Under the pieces are notes generated by a model. That model did not search any database. It was not told where the DNA came from and was given only the letters and a program-made list of their open reading frames with translations. From Chrysomallon squamiferum (taxonomy: Eukaryota; Animalia; Mollusca), in assembly GCA_012295275.1 (NCBI GenBank), contig CM022675.1:6448001-6512000 (forward strand): a stretch of DNA of 64,000 bases, read 5' to 3'. Both the position numbers and the translations under genes were made by a program. Within the stretch, counting starts at the first letter, position 1; every line of letters starts with the position of its first letter. Positions 1-18,511 of this stretch are shown one piece after another.

Positions 1-118
1 AATCAGCAAACAGGGTTCATTATTTTTTTTTTTTATCTTGATGAAGAAGTTACCAAAATCCACAGTGAACTGGATTGTTTTTGGTGAAGAAATGTTATAT
101 TTTGTAATTTTATAACAG

Positions 119-5958
<5,840 letters not shown>

Positions 5959-7239
5959 CCTATTCTGCTTGCTGTGTCCTGTCCTTGTTTCAAGTTTTTT
6001 TATTATTGTGATTTCTTTTTTATGTTCAAACTATTAAACAAATTTATAAACTTTGCTAGCTTTTTATTATTATTTTTAATATTCACTTATCTTGAGTTTC
6101 CTGTTCATTATTATAACAAAACAAATCTTCAAAAAAAGTATAGTTTTTGATGTATGATTTCTTCTTAAAGAAAGAAAAAGCAGAAGATAATTTGTTAGTG
6201 CTTCATGATATATTCTGAAAATCAGTTAACAATTTGTCATCCATAATCAATTATCCAGTGTTTGTTAGCTGTGTCTCTATAAATCATCATTAATGAAATG
6301 TTGTACCAGATGTTCCTGACATCAGGATGCTATTAAGGAAAGTTTACAGTATGAGACAGATGGTTGGTGGTTTCACAGTGAAATAATGCTACAAGTTTAA
6401 AAGTTCTCACTCCAGAGTTAACAATTTTCTGGACAAACTGGTTACATGAGAAATAAAATGGTGACACACAATCAAAAAATAAAAACAAGTACACACAAAA
6501 TGTCGCATTAGGTTTATTGGATTCTTGTAAAATGTTGGATTTGCAACCAAAACAACAACAAAAAATGTCTATTGTGTGGACAGCAACAAAAGATGGTAAC
6601 GTGAAATGCTGGAGTAAATGGTGTCATCAGAGAAGATTTTAAGCTTGAAATGCAGATAGGAGTTTTTATTTTGTGATGATGTGAAATGGATTTGATTTAT
6701 TTTTATTTTATTTTTTGTCCCATTATATCCGAGATACACATAGTGATTTGAGGATTTATTTATTTTGTTTTTGTTTGGTTTGGTTTGTTTTGGGTTTTTT
6801 TCTTAAATTACAATATGTTCTCAAGGGGTAGATATAAAAAAAAAAATACCAAGCTGCTAAGAAATAAGCATAAACTATTTGATTTTTCTTTTCTTTTTTT
6901 CTTTTTTTGGTGCTTTGACAATACTGTATTTTATATTTATATTTTTTTTTATTATTTTTTAATTTGATTTTATTATTTGATTTTTAATGGTATTAATTAG
7001 TAATGATTATTGAGTCAAAAGAATTAAAAATTAACCTGATAATTAAATGCTGGAAAAGATAACAAATATAAAATATTTTAACAAACTAAAGAGCATGTAG
7101 GTCAGTATATAATTACCCTTTTACTTTTTAGCTAAAGGTAAAACCAAGCAGCAAAATATTATGATTCTGTAGCATTAATTTTGTGCTCCTAAGGCCAATG
7201 TTAGTTCTGAAACCATCTGTAAGAATGATGGAAAGTATG

Positions 7240-7560
7240 AAACAAAGGTGCTATGTGACAAATGTGCATCACAGCAGCACCTTCTCACTGAACTTGTTGA
7301 AATGTCCCATTAACACAGGTTTGGTCAAAATAATTTAATAGTTCCTCCATATCTCCAGTATCAGGGATGCTGTCACAAAGGAAAGGCAAATCGTCTTTCA
7401 CTTTGTAAAGAGAAAGGCCAGACCATCTGTGATCCCAGCAAACATCTTGACATCCCTTATATACTCATACAGTTTAGTTAGTCCAATGTTCTGGGTCTTT
7501 CTGTATGTTCTCCAGCACAAATGGTAGAAACATACCTGTGACCTAGAGCATGCCAGTAAC
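7240..7560 (-). mobile_element. Degenerate Mutator-like (MULE) transposase fragment, with a frameshift and an in-frame stop
   Basis: Minus strand reads CFYHLCWRTYRKTQNIGLTKLYEYIRDVKMFAGITDGLAFL, then after a frameshift VKDDLPFLCDSIPDTGDMEELLNYFDQTCVNGTFQQVQ*...IAPLF. This matches the MULE CxxH...KIQxLGL...DGLAFLP...LLDYFDxTYVxG pattern. Confidence 0.75.
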
Positions 7561-7813
7561 CCAAATATATGCATTTGATATTCATGATCACAGTCCTCCT
7601 TTTTTTGGAGTGGGTTTGTTAACAAAAAAACAACAACCGCAAATGTACTATTTTCACATTTGGTGAGAAATTGCGCTACATCCGAGAGATATGGTTCCAC
7701 CTTAGCAGGGAGGAAATACAAAAACGAACGAAAAACATGGCTAATTATCATATTTAGCATAAATTTCTACTTCTATTTCGATCTATATATTAAAATGATG
7801 AACTGATGTAATA

Positions 7814-10203
7814 ATGGGGGGAACTCGATGTATTATCGCGGGTTGTGGGAATTCATCAAAATCTCGTCAGTTCTCCTTCCACAGATTGCCAAAAGACGAA
7901 AAATTACGCCGTGCTTGGAAACGTTTTGTGAAGCTAACAAGACCAAATGTTAAATTTGTTGAAAGTTCTACAATATGCAGTTCACATTTCAAAGAGGATT
8001 GCTTCGATACAGTTACACATCGATTTCAAGAAGAATTTGGAATGAAAGTGTCAGTTAAAGCAAGACTGAAACGAAATTCCATTCCATCAATCTACCCAAA
8101 GTCAAAGACAAACGCGATAATAACTGAAAATCCGTACAGTGAATTCAAAAAGAATAAGCGAAATGTATCATCAGTTATTAGAAAACGTGAAATAGCAAGG
8201 GTAGTTATTCAAATTATTTGTTAACCAGTCTTCAGTTATAACGGTATTTTTGTTGTTGTTTTAAAGATGATAATATCATAATTATTAATTGTATCTGTAA
8301 ATTAAAATCACACTAAATGACTAATGTATGTTTTAACTGTTTATTATTTCAATTCAGTTACTACTAATAATACTATTAATGCAAAGAAATTAATCAGTTG
8401 ACACCAGTCAAATTGTTTACTGTACAGAATTAATGTGTCATCTTTTTTCATACAAAAAGATTGAAAAAATAAATATAATTTTAAGAAAATAGAAATTAAA
8501 TAAGAAAATAATGCTAATTGTAACTGTGCATTTTTGATTGAATTAAGTAGTTCCATGAATATGGCCCATAACTGTCTTTACACATAAAAATATTCAATTC
8601 TAAATAAATATATATTATTATTATTTTAATTTATTTAATTTATTTATTTATATTTTTTTTTCATTATCACAGTCTGTAATGCTAATGAATGTTAATATCC
8701 ATTTATGCAGCAGAAACATCACATATTTGTCAAAGACATTTTCCTTTCAGAGTTAATTCATAGCTCAGAAATTGACATGTGGGGATGATATGCACACATA
8801 ATAAGCAGATGACTAGTCAGTTTTATCATATACATGAACTGTTTTCTTCTTAATAAGACAACAGCATTTTCACAACTTAATTGTTCATCAGATAATTTTA
8901 TAGTACAGATTGAATTTACCAAAGTCAACATTCTTAAACCCAGAAGTTCCAAACCTCAGCCTTAACCAAACAAATTCCTGTACACATCATCATGGATCTT
9001 CGTGTCAGTTTTACACAGAGCAGAAAATCTGTTATTATACCATTTTGCAGTAGCAATCATGAACAATATCTAATTTATATGTACAGAAATTAATGTTCTA
9101 ACAACAGTCAACAAATTCCATTAGTGGTTATAGCACTGATGACAGCTGTGCCAAGATTCGGAACTTCAGCCTGTATCAGATTAAACTTGTTGTACACATA
9201 CATGTGTTAATTTTTTTCCAGCTATTTAATTTTGATATTACAGATACTTAACGACAGTGATAGTTCAACAAGTTCCAGCAATGATACAGATCTTGAAGCA
9301 GAAGACACAGATGACAGTTACAAAGAGGTAAATGTTTATATGTTACCTTGCACATCAAATCAAATTTTTAGTCGCATTTTGAGATATTAAATAAATATTA
9401 ATATTCCTTAAGTCATAAGTCTCATTTCGATGCTGTTCCTATCTCCATAGCTTGTGTGGTTGAAAAGACATGCCTAGACAAATATAAGTAATAAATTTAA
9501 TAACGATTTAATGTTTGATGTAGAAAAGTCATTTAAGAAACATCTTTAGCAATATTAATTTTTTATATTTTTATATATATATACATATATATATATTTTT
9601 TTTTTCATTTAAATTCTTTTCCATGAGAATCATAAAATCCACAAAAAATATCTGCATTATTATTTTTTGATACATGTTTCAGTATTGTGATTTATTCTTT
9701 GATTCAAATTATTTTGTCAGATACTAATGTCTCTTTCTATATAATTTTTATTTTTATTTTTTCAGGATGATTCCAAGATGGATGAATATGGTTCAGAAGC
9801 CAGTGATTCTTCAAGCTATACGGTTAGAGCTATGTGGGACTCTGATAATAAAGCACTGATATTTAACTCTTGTAATCTTTCTGGGTGTCAGACCATTGAA
9901 ATTATAAAAGTAATATATTATCCATTCATCAGACATAAACCCAACCCATATTTTTATTTTATTTTATTTTTTTCATTTTCTCCACAAATACAAATCCAGT
10001 TTGTAATTGTTTAGACATGTCTTTTGAATGTCAAACTATTTCCCAACAAACTGTCTTAGTTTACTTACATTCTTAATCGATAGTACTTTCCTCAGAAACA
10101 CAAAAGTTTCAGCTGTATTTTATTTATTTTTTTTCTGCTTTTTGGAATATTCTAATTATTTTATTTTATAGTTATTTTTTTAAAATTATATTTCATTATT
10201 TTA

Positions 10204-10252
<49 letters not shown>

Positions 10253-13200
10253 GCTCTGGTTTGTTACAATCCAGTTTATTTTATTTTATTTCATTTTTTT
10301 TTTTTTTTTGATATTTATTATTCATTTCAGAGTTTATTTTACTTTTAATTTGCTTTTCTCTATTCCTTCTCCTACTCCCTTCCCCTCCACTCCCGTCCAC
10401 TTTTATGTTTTACTGCTATACTTATATCTATTTTATAGAAGGATATAGTTTTATGTTTTACTGTTATACTTATATCTATTTTATAGAAGGATATAGTTTT
10501 ATGTTTTACTGTTATATTTATATTTATTTTATAGAAGGATACAGGTGAACAAGACCCAGACTCAGTTCCTGCACAGTCCAACAAGCCAGGTCAGTCAGAA
10601 CCAAAATCTGGTCACTCAACAACTTCAAATCCTACAACAGAGAAAGAAACAGCTGAAGATACTGAACAAGAAGATGATTTTATGGTAATAAATATTTTTA
10701 TTTACAAACTGACACATTCTACTCACAGCTGATACTATGTGGTGTAGACCATGAGGAATGGGATGGTAGGGAGTGTTATAGGATTTTCTAAATATATATT
10801 TTACAGGTTATTTCACCAAAAAACTGGTTTTTGTTGTAACAGTTTAACATATTCTAGCTTAAGAAGAGGGGTATTTGAGCGTATTATATAATTTTCTAAG
10901 TATACGTACTGTTTTTCTTTTGTTTTTTTACAGTGACACATTTTTCTCAAAATTGATTTTTATCATTTTAGTCTAATATGGTAGGCCATGTTTTTGTCCA
11001 TTTTGTTTTTATATAGAGAGACACAGATAGTTTTTTCAAAGTGACACATTTTTCTCAAAATTGATTTTTTGTTATTTTAGTCTAATATGGTGTTTATGAG
11101 AATGCATTGTGGGGTAAATTATATAAATAATTGTATGGTTTGTGTGATTTTCCATGTACATGTGTTTTATATATTAGACAAAAATAACACAGGTAGTGAT
11201 ATTTTCAAAAGGGATATCTTAATCTTTTAGGTACACCAGTTTTAATAAATAATTGTGTTTTGATCATTACCATGTGAAAGAACAGAATTGTTTATCTTTA
11301 TGTGTTTATGCAGTGTGTTTGTGTGTGTGAAAATAATTATATATAAATAATTGTATTGTTTGTGTAAGTATGTTTTATATTTTAGGATGATATCTATATT
11401 TTATATAAATAATTGTACAGTTTGTATCAGTATATATTTATATTTTAGGATGATATCTATATTTTATATAAATAATTGTAGTTTGTATAAGTATATATTT
11501 ATATTTTAGGATGATATCTATATTTTATATAAATAATTGTACAGTTTGTGTCAGTATATATTTATATTTTAGGATGATATCTATGAAGTTGATGTGAAAA
11601 CTCCTATTTTCAACAATCTTGCTGCTTTACTTTCTTCTCAGGCTGGAAGTAGTAAAGTAAGTGTAATTGTTTTTATTAATTCCTGAAAATTTCTTTTCTT
11701 TATGCTGATTTTTGTATGACACTGTTTTAAACACAAGACTTAAAATAATTTAATGAACAGAATTAATTATTGGAAATATAAAATGGTAGAGAAAAATATT
11801 TGAAAGACTATTTTTTCCTTTTTCTTTATTTTATTTTTACACAATTTCTTGTTTTTGGGGAGTTTTTTTCCTGCCATGATTATACTATTGATTACAAATA
11901 TTTTGTATGTATTTGTTACTTAATATTAGTTATTTTATCTTTTTTTCTAGAAAGATGAAGACAAGGTTTCTGTGACATCACCAACTTTCACTAGTTTAAT
12001 TTCAAAGATTCTTTCTCCTGTAGGCACCAGTAACAAGGTTTCAGAATATTTTTATTTTATCTTATCTTATCTTATCTTAAGTTAACTTAACTTTTCATCT
12101 TATCTTATCTCATCTCATTTCTTCTTATTTTATTATATATATAACACACACATATTGTATATGGTATATAATATATATAATATTATATTTATTTTATGTA
12201 ATAAAATTTATGTACTGCAGTAACTACTAAGCAAATCACACATACTAATTTATATTATTCTAGTTAATCACACAATCACAGAATGATTAGATATGTAAGT
12301 AAAATAAAATGCATGTACAAAATAAATTTGAATTTCTGTTTTACATTGTCACAGTTGTTTAAACAGTTTTGTGAATTTTTATTTCAGATTGATACTCAAC
12401 TAAGTAACCATAGCAACAGACTAATATTACATCCTGAGACAGTAAACTGTAAGGATTCAGGTGATACCAGCAGACCAAATAAGGTAATGAGTGTGTGTGT
12501 GTGTTAGTTTTTGGGTGGAGGCTTTTTTGTTTTTTGTTTCTGTTAAAATTTGTCTAAAGTAAACTGCAGTTAGATTGTTAATATTGTTTTATTTTGGTTG
12601 TTTTTTTTCCAGACATATCCATTATGGTTAATATAGTTTTATTTTTTATTATTTTTTTTCAGACGTATCCATTATGGTTGGATTGAATTATTTTACAAAT
12701 TTAAACCAATGCTTAATAATTATAAAGTTTATCAAACCTTCATTTACAGAAATGCTATTTTCTTTCTCATTAAACTGTTTTATTAATAATAGTTTCCAAA
12801 TTGAAATAAAGTATTTGAAATATTACAAAGTGCATGCATTTAATAAATGATCTTACTCTTTTGGATGTCTTTACATATTGTTGATAGTGGCTTACAACAT
12901 TTAAATTAAATTAAAGTTTTTCAATGGATCCTTTTATGAATTTAATTTTAATCTAAAATATTCATCTAGTTGTAATTAAAATTAATTAATTAATTTGTTC
13001 AGTCTTTGGTGAAAGCAGGTGTTTTTCAGCTCTTTTCTGATTAGAAAACTGCAATTAATATTTGGTCCAATATTTTTTTATTATTATTATAATAATGGCT
13101 AGAAATAATATACTGACATAGCCATGGATTTCAAACCTTTATTATTGTGATTGTTAATATTACTTTTACTATACTATTATTATTAATATTATTACTATTA

Positions 13201-13548
13201 TTAATATTATTACTATTATTATTACTGTGTTTATTATTATTACTGTTACTATTATTACTATTATTATTATTGTTGTTGTTGTTGTAGTAAGATAATTTTG
13301 ATTGGTGTTTTAGCATGACATTCAAATACTAATGCTCATACATCCTTTAATTATTTACATAAAATCCATTTTAAAATTTTCTAGTTGTAATTAAAATCTT
13401 CTTTCTTTTTTAGGTCCAGCAGCAAGTATATATAAAAGTGTTGCAGGAAGCAGTTATTATTTATCCATTGAAGATTTTCAATCCCCAACATTCAAATCCA
13501 AATGAAGTTCACACTCAGACAAATAAAACGTGTGCAACTTCAGTTTAA
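7814..13548 (+). CDS. THAP zinc-finger domain protein. Proposed exons 7814-8200, 9244-9327, 9766-9822, 10535-10684, 11573-11656, 11951-12037, 12388-12483, 13414-13548
   Basis: Exon 1 is a clear THAP C2CH domain (C-IIAG-C...FHRLP...W...ICSSHF...LKRNSIPSIY). Downstream segments are flanked by pyrimidine-tract AG and GT, are all multiples of 3, and are open in frame (acidic/Ser-rich). The downstream exon set is less certain than exon 1. Confidence 0.75.
10401..10544 (+). repeat. 48-bp tandem repeat x3, each unit containing a 3' splice acceptor
   Basis: Unit TTTTATGTTTTACTG.TATA.TTATAT.TATTTTATAGAAGGATA.AG starts at 10401, 10449 and 10497. Confidence 0.9.
11341..11584 (+). repeat. 61-63 bp tandem repeat x4, each unit containing a 3' splice acceptor
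   Basis: TTTATATTTTAG|GATGATATCTAT recurs with AG at 11384-5, 11447-8, 11508-9 and 11571-2. Confidence 0.9.
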
Positions 13549-14735
13549 TAAACAGTACCAAGGGAGATAATTAAAATAATACTAGCATTTTTGTTTAAAA
13601 AAAGATGCATTTCATTTATTTGCATGAGGAAGCTGAAATAAGTTCTAAATTTTTATTGGAAGCAAACAAAATTATGTTAGCAGTATTACAAACTGTTAAG
13701 CAAGTTTCTGAAAGTTAGACTTTTTGTTTGGCTTATCTGTTTACGAAGATTAATGTATCTAATACGCAGACTTTGATATTACAAAATGTTCTGTTATTCT
13801 TTGAATATTTGTTGTTTGTTTGTTTGGTTGTTTTATAATCAGCCACATCTCTTTTATTGTTTAAATAAAATTTAAAATTGTAAATAGTATTTACAAAGTA
13901 AGATAAATAACTAGCCTGATGCTGTTTTTATCTTTAATTTTTATTTAACATTTTTCTTTTTTTCTTGTTTTTTAGCTATATTCATGTTACATCATGTTAT
14001 TTTGTAAGACAGTTTACTGTGTTCAAGTTATGACAGTATCATGGTTTCATCTTTACATTTTTTTTTTACCACAAATTGAAAAGGAGCATTGATAATATGA
14101 AGTAACTTGATAAGGATGACTAGTCAAGCAGACATTTCTTTATTCAACATGGTTATGCACTTTGAACCTACAACAATAACAAATAATTCCTCCCTATACA
14201 GGAGGTCCTTTGATTGTTATTATTATTATTATTATTATTAATGCAGATAATACTCAGATAGAAATAAAATAGATTATGACACTGATTTGTATTCTGTTTT
14301 TAATAAAGAAAGGAATTTTTATTTAATGACACACAACACAGATTTCCTCTGTACACAAACAGTCAGGAAAGCATACATAAAAGCCTTTGATAAATCTTTT
14401 GTATAGTTCAAGTTGGAACTGGAAAATACATGTTTTTTTGGAAGTTAAGAGCTATCTATAAAAACTAATCAATTTCTAATAGTGGTGTGTTAGATGCACC
14501 ATCCTAATCAGTCGTAAATACATGTAAATTCAGTAAACAGTAAATTAGAAAAATGATTTTAATATTCTGTATTGTCCATTAAATCTGTCAGGTTTTTGGT
14601 GGTAAATGAAAAACTGCCATACCTGTGTCATGAAATGCACAAGAAAGGTGAAGTAATTAATGTTTTTAGTTATTTTCTGGCACTTGTTTCTTTTCCCATT
14701 TTATTTGATATTTTCTTTACTTATTTATATATGTA

Positions 14736-14767
<32 letters not shown>

Positions 14768-15005
14768 CAGATAAATAAATAAATAAAAACAAATAAACAT
14801 TTGGAGAATATTTATTTTCGTGGGTTTCCTCCCATATTTCATTTACTGTTTTAACAACCGTTTTCTCCTAGATTGAGTAGTAAATGTAGTAGTTGTATTC
14901 CGTTAACAAACGGAGAAAATCAACTAATCATTTAGAAGACGAACCCGTTTTGTTACTGTCTCTTAAAACAGCAATGACAGGGATGGAGGGACAGAACATC
15001 TTCAT

Positions 15006-16097
15006 TCAAGAAACGTAGGTAATATAGTCTTCCAACATGCTTTTATCGTCTGCACCATGTTCGTGTGCGTGTTCCTTTGCGTTTTGCCAAATTCTAAATC
15101 GTTGGTCACAGTGGATGCATCGATACGGTTTGTGTGACGTCAGATGCGCTTCCAGATTCGGCAGATAGTCGAAATGTTCCCCACAGACGTTGCAGTAACA
15201 GAAGCCCCTTTCCCGGTGTCCCAGCATGTGGTTTGAAAATGTCTCTAGGTACGTGTAGGTTTTCCAGCAGATGCCGCACTTGTACATTTTATTCTCTTCT
15301 GTTTCTTTATCTGGAACATTTGTTGTTGGCTTCTGTTTTTCATTTGTGAATTTATTTCCGACATCAGCGTTTGACTGCTGCCGTACATACTGCTGCGAAA
15401 CAGACGACTGCGACGTTGATAATGTCGTCGCGTACGAGGCGTAGGTGGGAGCAGTATTTAACGTCTGATTTGCCGTCGAGAACGATGCTGGCACCGCAGT
15501 ATTTGACGTGTGATTGCTTTCAGGTGGGTTGGGTAATCTTTGCTGGACATCATTAGACGGTTTTGAATCACCACTTTTACTGGTACACCACGTAACATCC
15601 AAACACGATGACGTAACTGGCACATTCTGGAACGGTTTTGCGCCAGTTTCGTTGTAACACCACGTCACGCGATTGGGTACAAAGACATCTGAGTGGGTTG
15701 ATTTAATCGGTTCCATATTTTTCCTGAAATATTCAGGATTATAAGGCCATGAAACATTTTCACTCGAATACTGGTCGTTGGTTACGTCTCTTCTAGAAAG
15801 ATCTATGTTATATTGCCACGTTGCCGTTGTGTTCTCGCTAATTATAACCTCGTGTGATACATTTTCTCCAGGACCAGTAATTTTATCGTGATTTTTAGGT
15901 TTTATGTAAGGATAATTTGATTCAGTTTTTATATGCATCTTGTGAACTCGTTCAGGCTTCACTTTGTTCTGTAAATGTTTCTGCTTGGGCGAAGATTCGT
16001 GCATCAAATGATGATTAGCCAAAGTTTCAGGAAATGAAAATGTTCTCTGACAGACGTCGCATTTGAAAACCTTTTCCTCGGTCTCTTCCGATTCCAT
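15006..16097 (-). CDS. C2H2 zinc-finger protein (1 N-terminal + 3 C-terminal fingers), single coding exon, ~363 aa
   Basis: Fingers FKCDVCQRTFSFPETLANHHLMH, YKCGICWKTYTYLETFSNHMLGH, CNVCGEHFDYLPNLEAHLTSH and YRCIHCDQRFRIWQNAKEHAHEH. An acceptor (ttttttag-type) at 16115-16116 lies just upstream of the ATG at 16097 (MESEETEEK). Confidence 0.88.
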   Translation of the reverse strand: MESEETEEKVFKCDVCQRTFSFPETLANHHLMHESSPKQKHLQNKVKPERVHKMHIKTESNYPYIKPKNHDKITGPGENVSHEVIISENTTATWQYNIDLSRRDVTNDQYSSENVSWPYNPEYFRKNMEPIKSTHSDVFVPNRVTWCYNETGAKPFQNVPVTSSCLDVTWCTSKSGDSKPSNDVQQRLPNPPESNHTSNTAVPASFSTANQTLNTAPTYASYATTLSTSQSSVSQQYVRQQSNADVGNKFTNEKQKPTTNVPDKETEENKMYKCGICWKTYTYLETFSNHMLGHRERGFCYCNVCGEHFDYLPNLEAHLTSHKPYRCIHCDQRFRIWQNAKEHAHEHGADDKSMLEDYITYVS

Positions 16098-18289
16098 CAG
16101 TGTCAGTGGTGAAACTAAAAATAAATACATAAATAAATAAATTAATTAATTAATTAATTTCAATACTTGTTCATACGGTCTGATAACAGAGAATTTTATT
16201 ATTATAATAATAATAATAATATTGACAAATTGAAGAAAAAAAAATGAAAAAATAGAAAAAGTTAGATACGTAAAAACTGGGCTTATTTGGATTGATTGTA
16301 TCAGAAAATAAAAATATAGTAATTGTCACCGACATCTGTGAATCGAATATCAAAACAGCAGAAGGTCGGAGAAAAGAAGTATTCTGTTGATATTTTCAAT
16401 CATTTTTTCTAATTACAAAACGTTGCTGATTTGAGTTTAGCGCGATAGTACCAGAATAAATGGATAAAATCAATTAAATGCATTTTTGTAAACTTATCAT
16501 GGAATTACTGTCAACTTAAAACTGACAATCTTTATTCAAAAACTGTAAAACACACTGAATTCACTCAATAGTTAAATGTACAATCTGCTGGATAGTACAT
16601 ATACGTTAAAATCACTATATAATGCTTCTACGGTTTAATCTACAGAATAGGTCTACATGGCCAGAGTTCTGGCGGGGGGGGGGGATGGTAAGGAGAGTAG
16701 ACTATCTGACATTATAATGCATGTACTATACAAAATATCCATGAAAACAGAGCTGAATATCGCCGTGTTTTTTTTCTTTTCTTTTTTTTTCTTACACATA
16801 TGTACTTAAATAGGGTTTACGAGAACCATGCATTTACGTAAATCAGTATGTGTCTGCAGTGTATTCATATTTAATATTTACACCGCATCGTTCAATTCTG
16901 GCAGTTAAAACCAGCAGGAGAGAGTGGGGCACGTTGTGCATTGGGCAGTTCGTCGTACATTAGTTACAGCTGTAGCTTTGCTGAAGAAACTTCTACTGAC
17001 AAGGACTTTCATTAAAAAAAATTAAAAAAAAAATAAAAACCTGGATGAGATCAATGATAAAATTTTTTAAAAAATAAAGATTATAAAAATCTATGTTATG
17101 TTATTTTAGTGGTCTAAAGTGACATTTTGTAATTTCCACATATAAAGTCACTGCAATTTTTATAACAGTGATCCCGTAAATCTAGTTATATCATCTTACT
17201 CAACTATGTTTCATGTGTAACCGTCATTAACTGTTTGTTCTGACTCTGTGTATTCTCTATGTCATTGGGAAGAGTTGGACCGTGTGAGGTTTGTACTGGC
17301 TGGATCAGTGATCCAGTGTTTCCCCCAGATAGTTTATTCAAACATTATCTACATGATACACAAACAAATAAAAATTAATAAATCGCTAATTCATTATTTG
17401 TGCCACATTCTGACCCCATCTGAACTTTTCAATCAGTCGTGTGACATCTGTATCGTTATTTATGACAGTTTGATCGTCTTGTTAAAACTAGAGATTAGCT
17501 ATTTTGAAATATCATTTTTGATCTGAATACTTATTGTGGTGTTTCAACAAAATTCATAGATTACTGATAATATTCAGACTATATAAATTGGTGGTGAATA
17601 AAAAAAAAGGGACACATATACAAACACACATACACATGGACGCAAGTACACACCTTACCTAATACGCAGATTATTTTAAGAATAAAAAATAAATGTATAT
17701 GATTTCCATAAAATTAAAGATCTTACTCTTGTATAGCTATTAATTTCTTAAAGTCCTTCACAACTGAATTTATATAGTGTTTTCTTGTCATAAAATACAA
17801 TTGAGAAGAAACGAAAATTATAACCCCAATGGAGCCCCTCGCAAGACTATTGAGGTCAAACAGAGTTCTAGTCCTTAAATATGCTTGGAAACTAACAGTA
17901 CGACAGAGAAAAGTACAGTGGTAAATTATGTTTCTTATTCAAGCTAGGTGCTGCAAATGGAAATGTATTACCATTACCTGTTTTATCCTCGAGAAAAAAC
18001 AACAAATGTTTCTTCCCTCCTCAGACCTCTCTCTATTTGAAAACTGGTTATCGGTCGATTGCAAAATACAGCTTCAGAAAGGCTGTTTGGTGGATTGCAT
18101 CAAAGACATCGGTATATTATTTTATATGGTGCGACAACTGTGCTGAAATCAATTTTAATTCATATCTGTTCATTATATTTTCTTTCTGTTTTATAATATA
18201 ATCTGTTCATTATATTTTCTTTCTATTTTATAATATGATCTGTTTAAGTATTAAGGTGTTTGTTTCTTGTATTTTTGTTGTTGTTTCCT

Positions 18290-18293
<4 letters not shown>

Positions 18294-18353
<60 letters not shown>
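18294..18353. repeat. (CT)n microsatellite
   Basis: Direct observation. Confidence 0.95.
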
Positions 18354-18359
<6 letters not shown>

Positions 18360-18476
18360 TAATAAAAGCATAGACTATTAGTTAAACCTTTTTAAACAGC
18401 AGTCTGGTAACAAATTCTTGTATTTAGCTTTTGATGAGAGAGGGAGGTGTTTTGGAGGGGGTTTTCTGGGATATTG

Positions 18477-18511
<35 letters not shown>

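Noticed and set aside
52-85. Hairpin ACCAAAATCC...GGATTGTTTTTGGT just before the NACA exon, possibly the 3' half of an H/ACA RNA
   Set aside because: Truncated by the window edge, and the only nearby ACA coincides with the splice acceptor. Evidence is insufficient.
6290-6660. Moderately complex sequence downstream of NACA, checked as a possible exon or transposase
   Set aside because: The frames I translated contain stops and no recognisable motif.
15134-15556. Plus-strand ORFs inside the C2H2 gene
   Set aside because: Antisense shadows of the real minus-strand CDS.
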